A stretch of 64,000 bases of DNA, from contig OZ220480.1 of NCBI GenBank assembly GCA_965116025.1, positions 1,888,001 through 1,952,000 of the forward strand, read 5' to 3'. The first letter of the stretch is position 1, and every line of letters starts with the position of its first letter. This document shows, piece after piece, positions 24,930 through 34,670 of this stretch. This stretch comes from an uncultured candidatus Porisulfidus sp. Lineage in GTDB: Bacteria; Pseudomonadota; Gammaproteobacteria; Poriferisulfidales; Poriferisulfidaceae. Both the position numbers and the translations under genes were made by a program. The notes beneath the pieces are model-generated. The model was not told where the DNA came from. It saw nothing but the letters and a program-made list of their open reading frames with translations, and made no database searches.

Positions 24930-25454
24930 CTATCCCTCGGGGAGTCGCTCCCGACGGGCCCGCAGGGCTTGCCGCAAACGACGGTAGAAAGAGAGTTTCC
25001 GAAGGGTTTCGCGCGCGGCTGGCCAGCGCTCGTCGGCGTAGCGCGCCGCGAAATCCTTCCAGAGGCCTCCGGACTCCCGTTCCAAACGGGCCTCGAACGC
25101 CTCGACCTTCGCCATATCGTCGATCTCCTCCATCTCCTCGCGCAGTTCCATCTGTCTCGCCAAAAACCCCGTATCGGACGACGTGTCGCTTTCCTCGTCC
25201 ACCTCCACGCCCCGCGACCGCAATAGGTACGCGGCCCGCTCGTGGCGGTCGCTCAAGATTCGGTATCCCTGGTTGACGTGCGCCGCGGCCTGCGCCGCGA
25301 GGCGCCGCTCCTGGTCGCCCGCCGCCGCGAAGCGGTCCGGGTGCAGCTCCCGCTGCAGAGCTCGATATCGCTCGGTCAGGCTTCGCTCGTCGATCTCGAG
25401 CGAGAGCGGCAATCGAAACAGTTCGAAGTAATTCTGGGGAATGTCCAGCGGCAC
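24930..25454 (-). CDS. hscB: Co-chaperone HscB
   Basis: J-domain HPD, QMELRE. Confidence 0.95.
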   Translation of the reverse strand: MPLDIPQNYFELFRLPLSLEIDERSLTERYRALQRELHPDRFAAAGDQERRLAAQAAAHVNQGYRILSDRHERAAYLLRSRGVEVDEESDTSSDTGFLARQMELREEMEEIDDMAKVEAFEARLERESGGLWKDFAARYADERWPAARETLRKLSFYRRLRQALRARRERLPEG

Positions 25455-25475
25455 CGCCGCCCCCTGGCCTTGCCG

Positions 25476-25799
25476 TCAGATGCTGAAGCTCTCGCCACAA
25501 CCGCATCGCGCCTTCTCGTTGGGATTGGTGAAGCGGAAGCCCTCGTTCAGGCCCTCGCGTCCATAATCCAGTTCGGTCCCATCCAGATAGGCCAAGCTTT
25601 TCGGCGACACCACCACCTTCACGCCCTTATCCTCGAACACCTGATCGCCCTCTTCCACGGAATCGGCGAACTCGAGGACGTAGGCCATCCCGGAGCAACC
25701 GGTGGTTTTCACGCCGAGCCGCAAGCCGAGTCCGCGTCCGCGCGCGCGCAGATGAGAGAGAATCTGCCCGGCCGCGGCCTCGGTCAGCGAGATGGCCAT
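25476..25799 (-). CDS. iscA: Fe-S assembly protein IscA
   Basis: GCSG, CGCGESF. Confidence 0.97.
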   Translation of the reverse strand: MAISLTEAAAGQILSHLRARGRGLGLRLGVKTTGCSGMAYVLEFADSVEEGDQVFEDKGVKVVVSPKSLAYLDGTELDYGREGLNEGFRFTNPNEKARCGCGESFSI

Positions 25800-25811
25800 G
25801 ATGGCTTGGCC

Positions 25812-26240
25812 TCAGACGGTCTCCGTCAGGCGCGTCTCGTCCGGCGCGGCGGCCCGGCCGTCCGCCTGCTTGCCCTCATAGTCCTCGATCGCGGCGCGGA
25901 TGGCGTCCTCCGCCAGCACCGAGCAATGGATTTTCACCGGCGGCAACGCCAGCTCCTCAGCGATGTCGGTGTTGCGGATCTCTCCGGCCTCCGCCAAAGT
26001 CTTGCCTCGCACCCATTCGGTCAGCAAGCTGGAAGACGCGATCGCCGAGCCGCAGCCGTAGGTCTTGAACTTGGCGTCCTCAATCACGCCGTCGTCGCCA
26101 ACCTTGATCTGGAGCTTCATCACGTCCCCGCAGGCCGGCGCGCCGACCATACCGGTTCCCACCCGCGCGTCGCTCTTGTCCATCGAGCCAACATTGCGTG
26201 GATTCTCATAGTGATCCAAAACTTTCTTGCCATATGCCAT
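25812..26240 (-). CDS. iscU: Fe-S scaffold IscU
   Basis: [21 protein letters not shown]. Confidence 0.98.
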   Translation of the reverse strand: MAYGKKVLDHYENPRNVGSMDKSDARVGTGMVGAPACGDVMKLQIKVGDDGVIEDAKFKTYGCGSAIASSSLLTEWVRGKTLAEAGEIRNTDIAEELALPPVKIHCSVLAEDAIRAAIEDYEGKQADGRAAAPDETRLTETV

Positions 26241-26264
26241 GATATTTTCTCCTGCTTGAAATGA

Positions 26265-27488
26265 TCAATGTACCGCCCACTGCACCGAGTCCAGGTCGAT
26301 CCCTTCCTGGTGCATCTCCCACAGAGGCGACAGTTCTCGGAGCCGCCGCACGGCTCGCTTGACGAGCCCGATGGTGCGGTCGACCTCCTCTTCGGTCGTG
26401 AAGCGTCCGATGGTGAAGCGCAGCGAGCTGTGCGCCAACTCGTCGTTGCGGCCCAGCGCGCGCAGCACGTAGCTTGGCTCCAGCGAGGCCGAGGTGCAGG
26501 CCGAGCCACTGGACACCGCGATGTCCTTAAGCGCCATGATCAGCGATTCGCCCTCCACGAAGTTGAAGCTCACGTTGAGGCTGCCCGGCGCCCGGCGCTC
26601 GAGATCTCCGTTGAGATAGACCTCGTCCATCTCGTTGAGACCATTCCAAAGCCGGTCACGCAACGCGCGAACGCGCGCCGATTCCTCCGCCATCTCCTCG
26701 CGGGCGATCCGAAACGCCTCGCCCATGCCCACGATCTGGTGGGTCGGCAGAGTGCCGGAGCGCAACCCGCGCTCGTGTCCGCCCCCATGCATCTGCGCCT
26801 CCAGGCGCACCCGGGGCTTGCGGCAAACGTACAACGCGCCAATGCCTTTCGGACCGTAGATCTTATGCGCGGACAGGGTCATCAGGTCCACGCCCATCGC
26901 GTGGACGTCGATCGGAATCTTGCCCGCGCTCTGCGCCGCGTCGACGTGCAGGATCACGCCGCGCTCGCGGGTCATCGCGCCGATCGCCGCGATGTCCTGG
27001 ATCACGCCAATCTCGTTGTTGACGTGCATAACCGAGACCACCGTCGTGTCCTCGCGCAACGCGGCCCTCAGATCCTCCAAGTCGAGCAGGCCATTCTCTC
27101 GCGGTGCCAGATAGGTCACCTCGAAGCCCTCGCGCTCCAACTGCCGACAAGTGTCCAGCACCGCCTTGTGCTCGGTCTTCACGGTGACGATGCGCTTGCC
27201 CTTCTTGCGGTAGAAGTGAGCGGCTCCCTTGATCGCCAGATTGTCCGACTCGGTGCCGCCGCTGGTCCAGATGATCTCGCGCGGGTCGGCGCCGATCAGC
27301 GCCGCGACCTGGGACCGCGCCTCGTCGACCGCCTCCTCGGCATGCCAGCCGAAACTATGCGAGCGCGAGGCCGGATTGCCGAACTCGCCATCCGGCGTCA
27401 GGTACTGGCGCATCTTGTCCGCCACCCGCGGGTCCACGGGCGTGGTGGCCGAGTAGTCTAAGTAAATTGGGGAAGTGACATCGCTCAT
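26265..27488 (-). CDS. iscS: Cysteine desulfurase IscS
   Basis: [27 protein letters not shown]. Confidence 0.98.
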   Translation of the reverse strand: MSDVTSPIYLDYSATTPVDPRVADKMRQYLTPDGEFGNPASRSHSFGWHAEEAVDEARSQVAALIGADPREIIWTSGGTESDNLAIKGAAHFYRKKGKRIVTVKTEHKAVLDTCRQLEREGFEVTYLAPRENGLLDLEDLRAALREDTTVVSVMHVNNEIGVIQDIAAIGAMTRERGVILHVDAAQSAGKIPIDVHAMGVDLMTLSAHKIYGPKGIGALYVCRKPRVRLEAQMHGGGHERGLRSGTLPTHQIVGMGEAFRIAREEMAEESARVRALRDRLWNGLNEMDEVYLNGDLERRAPGSLNVSFNFVEGESLIMALKDIAVSSGSACTSASLEPSYVLRALGRNDELAHSSLRFTIGRFTTEEEVDRTIGLVKRAVRRLRELSPLWEMHQEGIDLDSVQWAVH

Positions 27489-27982
27489 AGGGTGGCCTCC
27501 CGCCCCTCCAAGGGCGCGTTCGCGAGTGATCCTCGGTGCTCGGCGAATTTGGCGCTTTGGCGCAACGCCACCTCGCGCACTCGCCGTTGCCCCAGCACGT
27601 CCGCCAGACTGACGCGATCCAGGTAGCGCTCGATCTCGCGGCCCAGCTCCGCCCACAAGCCGTGCGTCAGGCAAGGCTGGTTGTCCTGGCAGTTCTCGCT
27701 TCCGCCACAGCGCGTCGCCTCCACGCGCTCATCGACCGCCGCGATCACGTCGGCGACCGAGATCGTCGGCGCGTCCCGCGTCAGATGATATCCACCGCCG
27801 GGCCCGCGCACGCTGTCAACCAGACCAGCCCGGCGCAGACGGGAAAACAATTGCTCCAGATAGGAGCGCGAGATGCCCTGGCGCTCGGCGATGCCAGCCA
27901 GCGCCACCGGTCCCTCTTCTCCATGCAACGCCACGTCGAGCATGGCGGTCACGGCATAGCGTCCTTTCGCGTTCAATCGCAT
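27485..27982 (-). CDS. iscR: Fe-S cluster regulator IscR
   Basis: [21 protein letters not shown]-x5-C-x5-CLTH. Confidence 0.96.
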   Translation of the reverse strand: MRLNAKGRYAVTAMLDVALHGEEGPVALAGIAERQGISRSYLEQLFSRLRRAGLVDSVRGPGGGYHLTRDAPTISVADVIAAVDERVEATRCGGSENCQDNQPCLTHGLWAELGREIERYLDRVSLADVLGQRRVREVALRQSAKFAEHRGSLANAPLEGREATL

Positions 27983-28025
27983 GATGTCAAGCGTTCCATT
28001 CGGCGCGGTCGAGGGTCATTCTCGC

Positions 28026-28050
28026 ATACCCGACTAAAATAGTCAAGTAT
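28026..28050 (-). promoter_or_regulatory. IscR type-1 operator overlapping the isc promoter -35
   Basis: ATACCCGACTAAAATAGTCAAGTAT fits ATASYYGACTRwwwYAGTCRRSTAT; the minus strand reads TTGACT-17 nt-GAGAAT. Confidence 0.85.
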
Positions 28051-28192
28051 TTCTTAAGGGATAGGCGGAACGGGCGCTCCGAGGTCTTGCTTTATGATAG
28101 CCACGCTTTCGACCGCCGCGGAACGCCCACGGGAACAGGGGCGTCGCGCGCGGATCCACGCCGCGCGAGCCGAAACCCCGAGCCGAAACCCC

Positions 28193-28981
28193 ATGAGCGC
28201 CTTGCTGAACATCGCCGTCGATGCCGCCGAGGCCGCGGGCCGGATCATCATCCGACACCACCAGTTCACCGACCGGGTCGCGGTGGAACGCAAAGGCGCG
28301 CACGACTTCGTCTCCAGCGTGGACCGCGAGGCCGAGCGTGAAATCGTCGAGCGCCTGCGTAAGGCGCATCCGGAACACGCGATTCTGGCCGAGGAGGGCA
28401 CCGCCGGAATCTCCTCCAAAGCCGAATTCGAATGGCTGGTCGATCCGCTGGACGGCACCACCAACTACCTCTTCGGCTTTCCGCACTACGCCGTGTCCAT
28501 CGCCCTGCGCCGGCGCGGCAAGATCCTCCTCGGCGTCGTGTACGACCCGTTCAAGCAAGAGCTGTTCACTGCGGAGGACGGACGCGGAGCCCTTCTCGAC
28601 GGACGGCGCATTCGCGCCCGCGCTCGGGGCGGGCTGGCGGACGCCTTGCTGGCGACCGGATTTCCATTCCGCGACGGCGCCGACCTGGACCGCTACATCG
28701 CCACCTTGCGAGCCCTGATCCCAGGAACGGCCGGAATCCGCCGCGCGGGGTCGGCGGCGCTGGATCTCGCCTACGTGGCGGCGGGCAGATTTGACGGTTT
28801 CTGGGAATTCGGTCTCAAGCCTTGGGACATGGCCGCTGGAATCGCGCTGGCGCGAGAAGCTGGCGTGATCGTGAAAGACCTGGGTGGCGGAGAGGATCCA
28901 CTCGCTAGCGGCGACATCATCGCCGCGACGCCACGGGTCCTGGAGGAAATGCTGGAAAGACTCGAGGAACTGGACGAATAG
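28193..28981 (+). CDS. suhB: Inositol monophosphatase / Nus factor SuhB
   Basis: WLVDPLDGTTNY, RRAGSAALDL, WDMAAG. Confidence 0.95.
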   Translation: MSALLNIAVDAAEAAGRIIIRHHQFTDRVAVERKGAHDFVSSVDREAEREIVERLRKAHPEHAILAEEGTAGISSKAEFEWLVDPLDGTTNYLFGFPHYAVSIALRRRGKILLGVVYDPFKQELFTAEDGRGALLDGRRIRARARGGLADALLATGFPFRDGADLDRYIATLRALIPGTAGIRRAGSAALDLAYVAAGRFDGFWEFGLKPWDMAAGIALAREAGVIVKDLGGGEDPLASGDIIAATPRVLEEMLERLEELDE

Positions 28982-29384
28982 CCGAAACGTCCGCGCGGCG
29001 CCACGCCATGCCCGAGACGCCACGTAGACTGAGAATGATAGAACTTGCGGGCGAAGGCGATCCCGAATCCGTGATAAGGTGGCGAATGCGATTAAGCGTT
29101 CGCGCCAGCGACGGCATGGCCCCAATGGGATTGATGAGAGAACTGGGTACGAAAACTCTCTAAAAGAGATAAAGCGACCCGATACTGATGGCCGAGGATT
29201 TTCCCTGCCGCGGAAACAGGAAAATTAGAGAAGGAATGGCTAGCTGGACGGCTTTTTGATGACGCGCGTATTGAAAGAGCGAGCGTTCCACCATCCAGAC
29301 GGTCCTCGGCCTCATTGAAGCGACCGCGCGCCGTCGCGCATGTTTAGTAGTGAATTAATCCTTCCAGAGCGTTATCCAATCGAC

Positions 29385-29711
29385 ATGAAAATACTGGGAA
29401 TCCTGCTTGGCGTCGCTACGATCTTCATCATGGGCGGGGCGTTCCTCTTGCTGCTCGAGAAGGAAGACGCGAACGCGCTCGCCGCGATAATGTGCCTCAT
29501 TCCCGTCGCGTCTGGGATCGTCTTGATCGTCAATTCGAGCAAACTCCAGAAAAATAGATTGCGCAACCGCGCCGATGCGGACGAAGCTCTTTCGAGACTT
29601 CAGGAGAGAGTCGCCGCTTCCGGGGTTGATGTCGAGCGATGGGCGCAGGAAATCGAGCGAGAGCGCCAAAAGAGCTCGAAAAGACGCGCGGAGGATAAGT
29701 TGATCGAATGA
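29385..29711 (+). CDS. Hypothetical 2-TM membrane protein with a charged helical C-terminus
   Basis: Two hydrophobic segments; its stop overlaps (ATGA) the start of the PIN pseudogene. Confidence 0.5.
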   Translation: MKILGILLGVATIFIMGGAFLLLLEKEDANALAAIMCLIPVASGIVLIVNSSKLQKNRLRNRADADEALSRLQERVAASGVDVERWAQEIERERQKSSKRRAEDKLIE

Positions 29712-30082
29712 TTCACTTGGACACCAGCTTCCTGCATTCGCGCGACTCGCGCGAGCTTCCCCAAAGCCGAAGCCGCCTTGGAGTGGCTACGTTCTGAGAA
29801 AGTCTTGCGCATGAGCTCCGTCGCGTAGGCGGAGCGCCTGGGTGGCAGCCCACATGCGATCAAAAACATCTCCTTCGCCACTCGCGTCGTGACGCGGCGA
29901 GTGGATTTCACGGAAGAAATGGCGAAACTGGCGGCCTGCCTCTTCAATGGCTCGGGGCGTCACCGGGAAACGATGCTCGATTGCATGATCGCCGCCACCG
30001 CGCTCACGCCGCATTCCAGCGTCGCGACATCGAACCGGAAAGATTTCGAGGCGTTCCAGCGCTTCGACCTGCGCCTGGCGAC
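29708..30082 (+). pseudogene. vapC: VapC/PIN-domain toxin pseudogene
   Basis: MIHLDTSFL, then a frameshift; MSSVA*AE with TAG at 29826-29828; LDCMIAATAL and ATSNRKDF PIN motifs; native stop not evident. Confidence 0.8.
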
Positions 30083-30092
30083 CACCGCCACC

Positions 30093-31016
30093 TTACGGCC
30101 GGTTGTCCAGCTCTTCCACCGTCGCGACCTCAAGATCGCGACGGCTCACGCCGAGCGTCAGCAGGGAGCTTCCCGCCACGTAGATCGACGAGTAGGTGCC
30201 AACGATCACGCCAACGATCAGCGCGATAGAGAACGCGTGAATCACCTCGCCGCCAAAGAAGAATAGCGCGACCAGAACTAGCAACGTGGTCAGTGAGGTC
30301 ATCAAGGTGCGCGCCAAGGTCTGGTTGATCGAGACGTTCAGCACGTCGACGCTGGAACGGCGTCTTAGTTGCCGGAAATTCTCCCGGATGCGGTCGAACA
30401 CGACGATAGTATCGTTAAGGGAATAGCCGATCACCGCCAAAATCGCCGCCAGCACCGTCAGGTCGAATTCGATCCGAGTCAGCGAGAAGAATCCGACGGT
30501 CAGGATCACGTCGTGGACCAGCGCGATAATGGCGCCGAACGAGAAGCGGTACTCGAAGCGCAGGGCCACGTAGATCAAGATCAGACCCAGCGCGTACAGC
30601 ATGGCGAGCCCCCCGTCGTCGCGCAATTCCTCTCCGACCTGCGGCCCGACGTACTCGATCCGGCGCACCTCCAGCTCGCCCGCTCCGCGCAAAGACCGCA
30701 ACGCCCGTTCGCTCAGCTCGCTCTGCGGACGACCGTCCGGCTTGATCCGTACCAGAACTTCCCGCGCCGACCCGAAATGCTGCGCCACCGCGCGCTCGAA
30801 GCCAGCTTCATCCAGTCGAGCCCGCACTTCGTCGAGTTCCACCGGATCCGGATAACCAACCTCAATCAGGGTCCCTCCTTCGAAATCCACTCCTAGGTTC
30901 AAACCCTGGAACGAGAGAGAGCCGATGGACAGAATCAGCAGTACGCCAGAAAGGATCGTCGCGTGGCGGCGACGGCCCATGAAATCAATAGCGAGGTCGC
31001 GCGGAAGCAATCGCAT
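30093..31016 (-). CDS. secF: Protein translocase subunit SecF
   Basis: GVDFEGG, VGPQVG, IGYSLNDTIVVFDRIRE. Confidence 0.98.
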   Translation of the reverse strand: MRLLPRDLAIDFMGRRRHATILSGVLLILSIGSLSFQGLNLGVDFEGGTLIEVGYPDPVELDEVRARLDEAGFERAVAQHFGSAREVLVRIKPDGRPQSELSERALRSLRGAGELEVRRIEYVGPQVGEELRDDGGLAMLYALGLILIYVALRFEYRFSFGAIIALVHDVILTVGFFSLTRIEFDLTVLAAILAVIGYSLNDTIVVFDRIRENFRQLRRRSSVDVLNVSINQTLARTLMTSLTTLLVLVALFFFGGEVIHAFSIALIVGVIVGTYSSIYVAGSSLLTLGVSRRDLEVATVEELDNRP

Positions 31017-31018
31017 GG

Positions 31019-32887
31019 TCAAACCGCCAGGGTCGGGGCGCGCTGGGCGCCGTAGATGCTGTTGACGATGGCTCGGGTGCCCATGATCGCGGTGAACATG
31101 GAAGCCACGATGCCGATGGAAAGAGTGACCGCGAACCCTTTGATCGGCCCGGTGCCGAAGGCGAACAGCACGATCGCCGCGATCAGGGTGGTGATATTGG
31201 CGTCGGCGATGGTCGACAGCGCCTTGCCATAACCAGCCTGGATGCTCGCTTGGGGCGTGTTGCCGTTGTTCAGCTCCTCCCGGATCCGCTCGAAGATGAG
31301 AACGTTCGCGTCCACCGCCATGCCGACGGTGAGCACGATTCCCGCGATGCCCGGCAGAGTCAGCGTCGCGCCTGGAATTAGCGACATCGCCGCCACGATC
31401 AGAACCAGGTTGGCGACCAGCGCCAGGTTGGCGATCAACCCGAACAGTCGATAGTACAGCGCCATGAACGCCATCACCAACAAAAATCCGATCAGCACCG
31501 AGAGCGCGCCGAGATCGATATTCTGCTGACCAAGGCTTGGCCCCACGGTGCGCTCCTCCACGATGTACATCGGCGTCGCCAGCGCGCCGGCGCGCAGCAG
31601 CAAGGCCAAATTGCGCGCCTCGCGCGACGTGTCCAGTCCGGTGATCTGGAAGCGCTTGGACAGCTGCTCCTGGATGCGCGCGACGTTGATGACCTCGCGA
31701 GTCTCGCGGGTGACCCTGCGGGACTCGCCATCGACCACCACCGTGTCGGCGCGCTGCTCGATGAACACCACGCCCATCAGCCGCTTGACGTTCTCGCCCG
31801 TCACCTTGGCGAACCGACGAGCTCCGTCTCCGTCCAAAGTGATGTGCGCCGCGGGAAGGCCGCGCTCGTCAAATCCCGAGGACGCGTCGATGATGTGCTC
31901 CCCGGTCAGCATCACCCGGCGCTTGAGCAGCACCGGGTTGCCGTCGCGCTCATAGTACAACTCGTCAGCCAGCGGCACCGCGCCAGTCTCCGCGGCCAGA
32001 TAAGGATCCGCCTGCTCGTCCACCAGGCGGAACTCCAGCGTGGCGGTCGCGCCCAGGATTTCCTTCGCCCGCGCCGTGTCCTGCACGCCAGGCAGCTGCA
32101 CCACGATCCTGGTGCGTCCCTGCTGTTGAATCACCGGTTCCGCGACGCCCAACTCGTTGACTCGCTTGCGCAGGGTCACCAGGTTTTGGCTGATGGCGTT
32201 GCGGCGGATCTCGTCGCGCGTGGTCTGGGTCAGTCGCATGACCACCGATGGTTGTCGTCCCTCGCTTTCTTCCACGGTCACGTCGAAGATGCCGAAGTAC
32301 TCGTCCTCGACCGCCTCCTCGATTCGCTCGAGCGTCTCCGCGTCGCGGGCCAGCGCATGCAATTCCTCCCCATGCGCTCGCACCCCTCGAGATCGAATGT
32401 CTCGCTCGCGCAGCAGGGTCCGGACCTCCGCCGCGTATCGAGCGTACGCCTTGTCGATCGAGGCGTCCAAGTCAACTTCCAGCAGAAAGTGCACGCCACC
32501 GCGCAAATCCAGCCCTAGGTTCATCGGGTGCGCGTTCAGCGCCGCGAGCCAGCCTGGCGTGGACGGAGCTAGATGCAACGCGACCGAGAAGCGATCCGAC
32601 AGGGCGTCGCGGAGCGCGTCCGCGGCCTTCAGCTGGTCTTCCGGGTCGGAGAACCGAACCAGCAGGGACTCCTCCCCGTCACGCTCGACCTGACGGTGGG
32701 AAATTCCCTTCAGCTTGAGAATTTGCTCGACCCGCTCCCGCTCCGCCTCCCCGACGGCGATCCTCGACGAGGAGACCTGCACCGAGGGGTCCGACGGGTA
32801 CAGATTCGGAGCCGCGTAGAAAGCCGCGATTAACGGAACGCCGATCACCAGGAGGTTCTTCCACCATGGGTACTGGTTCGCTTTCAT
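31019..32887 (-). CDS. secD: Protein translocase subunit SecD
   Basis: LGLDLRGGVHFLLEV, GMAVDANVLIFERIREE. Confidence 0.98.
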   Translation of the reverse strand: MKANQYPWWKNLLVIGVPLIAAFYAAPNLYPSDPSVQVSSSRIAVGEAERERVEQILKLKGISHRQVERDGEESLLVRFSDPEDQLKAADALRDALSDRFSVALHLAPSTPGWLAALNAHPMNLGLDLRGGVHFLLEVDLDASIDKAYARYAAEVRTLLRERDIRSRGVRAHGEELHALARDAETLERIEEAVEDEYFGIFDVTVEESEGRQPSVVMRLTQTTRDEIRRNAISQNLVTLRKRVNELGVAEPVIQQQGRTRIVVQLPGVQDTARAKEILGATATLEFRLVDEQADPYLAAETGAVPLADELYYERDGNPVLLKRRVMLTGEHIIDASSGFDERGLPAAHITLDGDGARRFAKVTGENVKRLMGVVFIEQRADTVVVDGESRRVTRETREVINVARIQEQLSKRFQITGLDTSREARNLALLLRAGALATPMYIVEERTVGPSLGQQNIDLGALSVLIGFLLVMAFMALYYRLFGLIANLALVANLVLIVAAMSLIPGATLTLPGIAGIVLTVGMAVDANVLIFERIREELNNGNTPQASIQAGYGKALSTIADANITTLIAAIVLFAFGTGPIKGFAVTLSIGIVASMFTAIMGTRAIVNSIYGAQRAPTLAV

Positions 32888-32924
32888 GGACAAGCCCGAG
32901 AATCGCCGGTCGAGCGGACCGTGA

Positions 32925-33251
32925 TCAATCGCTTTTCGCGAGCGACCCCTTCGGCAAGACGTTGCTGACCGAATCCCGGCGCAGGCGGACCTCCACGCCC
33001 TTCGCCAGTTCCAGACGCACCGTGCTGGATCCGATATGCGTGATCCGCCCCATCAGGCCACCGTTAGTGGACACCTCGTCGCCCTTTCGCAAGGATTCGA
33101 TCAAGGCGCGATGCTCCTTGACTCGCTTGTTCTGCGGACGAATGATCATGAAATACATGATCGCGAAGAAAATCGCGATCATGGCGAACATGGACCAACC
33201 GCCCATAGCGCCCGCCGCGTCCTGCGCCATCGCGTCGTCGATCAGAATCAT
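32925..33251 (-). CDS. yajC: Preprotein translocase subunit YajC
   Basis: YFMIIRPQ.KR, LRKGDEV.T.GG. Confidence 0.95.
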   Translation of the reverse strand: MILIDDAMAQDAAGAMGGWSMFAMIAIFFAIMYFMIIRPQNKRVKEHRALIESLRKGDEVSTNGGLMGRITHIGSSTVRLELAKGVEVRLRRDSVSNVLPKGSLAKSD

Positions 33252-33355
33252 GGAGCCGAATGCGTCGGTTTCGAGTGGGACGCATTATGCCATAAGGGGC
33301 GCCTTCAATGGAAAGGCGCCCTCGGGCCGGAACGCTCGTCGTTAGCGGCGCTCGC

Positions 33356-34624
33356 TTACTGAAACACCGCCTCGGGATCGTCCAAGCTGTCCGATCCCTC
33401 GAATTCGACCGTTCCCAATTTCAGGGCCGCCGCCGCGCCTTCGATGCCGCCAGTCTGGACCCGCAGCGCGTTGATGGCCGCCTGCACGCGGGCGTTGCCC
33501 GCGGCGTTGTCGGCACCGATCATCTGGTCGTAAGCCTCGCCGCCTTTCGCGCTTTCCACAAGTCGCTCCATCGCCTCCATAGTGGAGTCCAACTGCTCGC
33601 GCAAACGCCGGTCCGCGTCGGGCGAGGCGGCCGCGACCAGAGACGATATCCCTGGACCTCGTAGCGTCGAGCCATCCACGCGCCGGTATTCTCCGAGGTA
33701 GATATTCCGGATGCCGAGCGCGTCGTAATAGTGCGAATAGTGCGTATTGTCGCTGAAGCAGTCATGCTCCTCTTCCGGATCGTGCAGCAGCAAGCCCAGT
33801 TGCATGCGCTCTCCCGCGAGCTCGCCATAAGACAGGCTGCCCATGCCCGCGATGATCGTGGTCAGGCCCCGCTCGACCGCGCCATCAAGCAACCCCGTCC
33901 GGGCCGCGCCATCCGGCCCCCACTGGGCATGCATCCAAGCGAGATCGTCGACCAGCAGGTCGGTCGCGGCTTTCAGATAGGCCGCCCGGCGCTCGCAATT
34001 TCCCCAAGAGCAACCGTTCGGGTCGAAATCGCTCGCGGGGCGGACGCCAGCGCCGGGGCCCGTGCCGTTGAGATCCTGGCCCCACAGAAGAAACTCGACC
34101 GCGTGATATCCGGTCGCCACGTTCGCCTCGACGCCGCCGATCTCATGGAGCGTGTCCGCGAGCAAGGCTTTGGTGATTTTCGTCGCGTCGACGGTTTGCC
34201 CGCCGAACTCGAAGCGCGGGCTCGCGATGACGTTGGCCCGGTAGCCCGGGTTCTCCTCGGACTCCGCTCCGTAGCTGGCCGAAACGTAGTCGATCAGGCC
34301 CTCATCCAGCGGCCAGGCGTTCACCTTGCCTTCCCAGTCATCGACGATCGCGTTTCCAAAGCGGTAGACCTCGCTCTGCTGGTAGGGAACGCGCGAGGCC
34401 TTCCACGCCGTCCGCGCCGCTTCCAGATTCTCCGTGGTCGGCCGAGCGATCAACCGATCCACGGCGGCCTGCAGGTCGCGCGCGGTGGAGAGGGAATCCC
34501 CATACACGGCGTGAGCCAGATCGGCGTAGTGGACCAGCACCGCTCGTTCCGCATCGCCGGCGAAGGCGGGCGTGGACGCGAGCGCCATGCTGGCCGCGGC
34601 CAGAAGAATTCGCTTTGGTTTCAT
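33356..34624 (-). CDS. Imelysin-like (IrpA/IcmP, peptidase M75 family) periplasmic metal-binding protein
   Basis: Signal peptide, NAWPLDEGLIDYV, GYHAVEFLLWGQD, EEEHDCFSDNTH. Confidence 0.92.
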   Translation of the reverse strand: MKPKRILLAAASMALASTPAFAGDAERAVLVHYADLAHAVYGDSLSTARDLQAAVDRLIARPTTENLEAARTAWKASRVPYQQSEVYRFGNAIVDDWEGKVNAWPLDEGLIDYVSASYGAESEENPGYRANVIASPRFEFGGQTVDATKITKALLADTLHEIGGVEANVATGYHAVEFLLWGQDLNGTGPGAGVRPASDFDPNGCSWGNCERRAAYLKAATDLLVDDLAWMHAQWGPDGAARTGLLDGAVERGLTTIIAGMGSLSYGELAGERMQLGLLLHDPEEEHDCFSDNTHYSHYYDALGIRNIYLGEYRRVDGSTLRGPGISSLVAAASPDADRRLREQLDSTMEAMERLVESAKGGEAYDQMIGADNAAGNARVQAAINALRVQTGGIEGAAAALKLGTVEFEGSDSLDDPEAVFQ

Positions 34625-34670
34625 GTCGTCATCTCCTCAAAGGCAAATAAAGAAACTGATAGTCCTCCGA

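Noticed and set aside
28982-29384. AT-richer 400-bp gap after suhB with a weak hairpin
   Set aside because: No convincing ORF, repeat or RNA motif; probably decayed accessory DNA.
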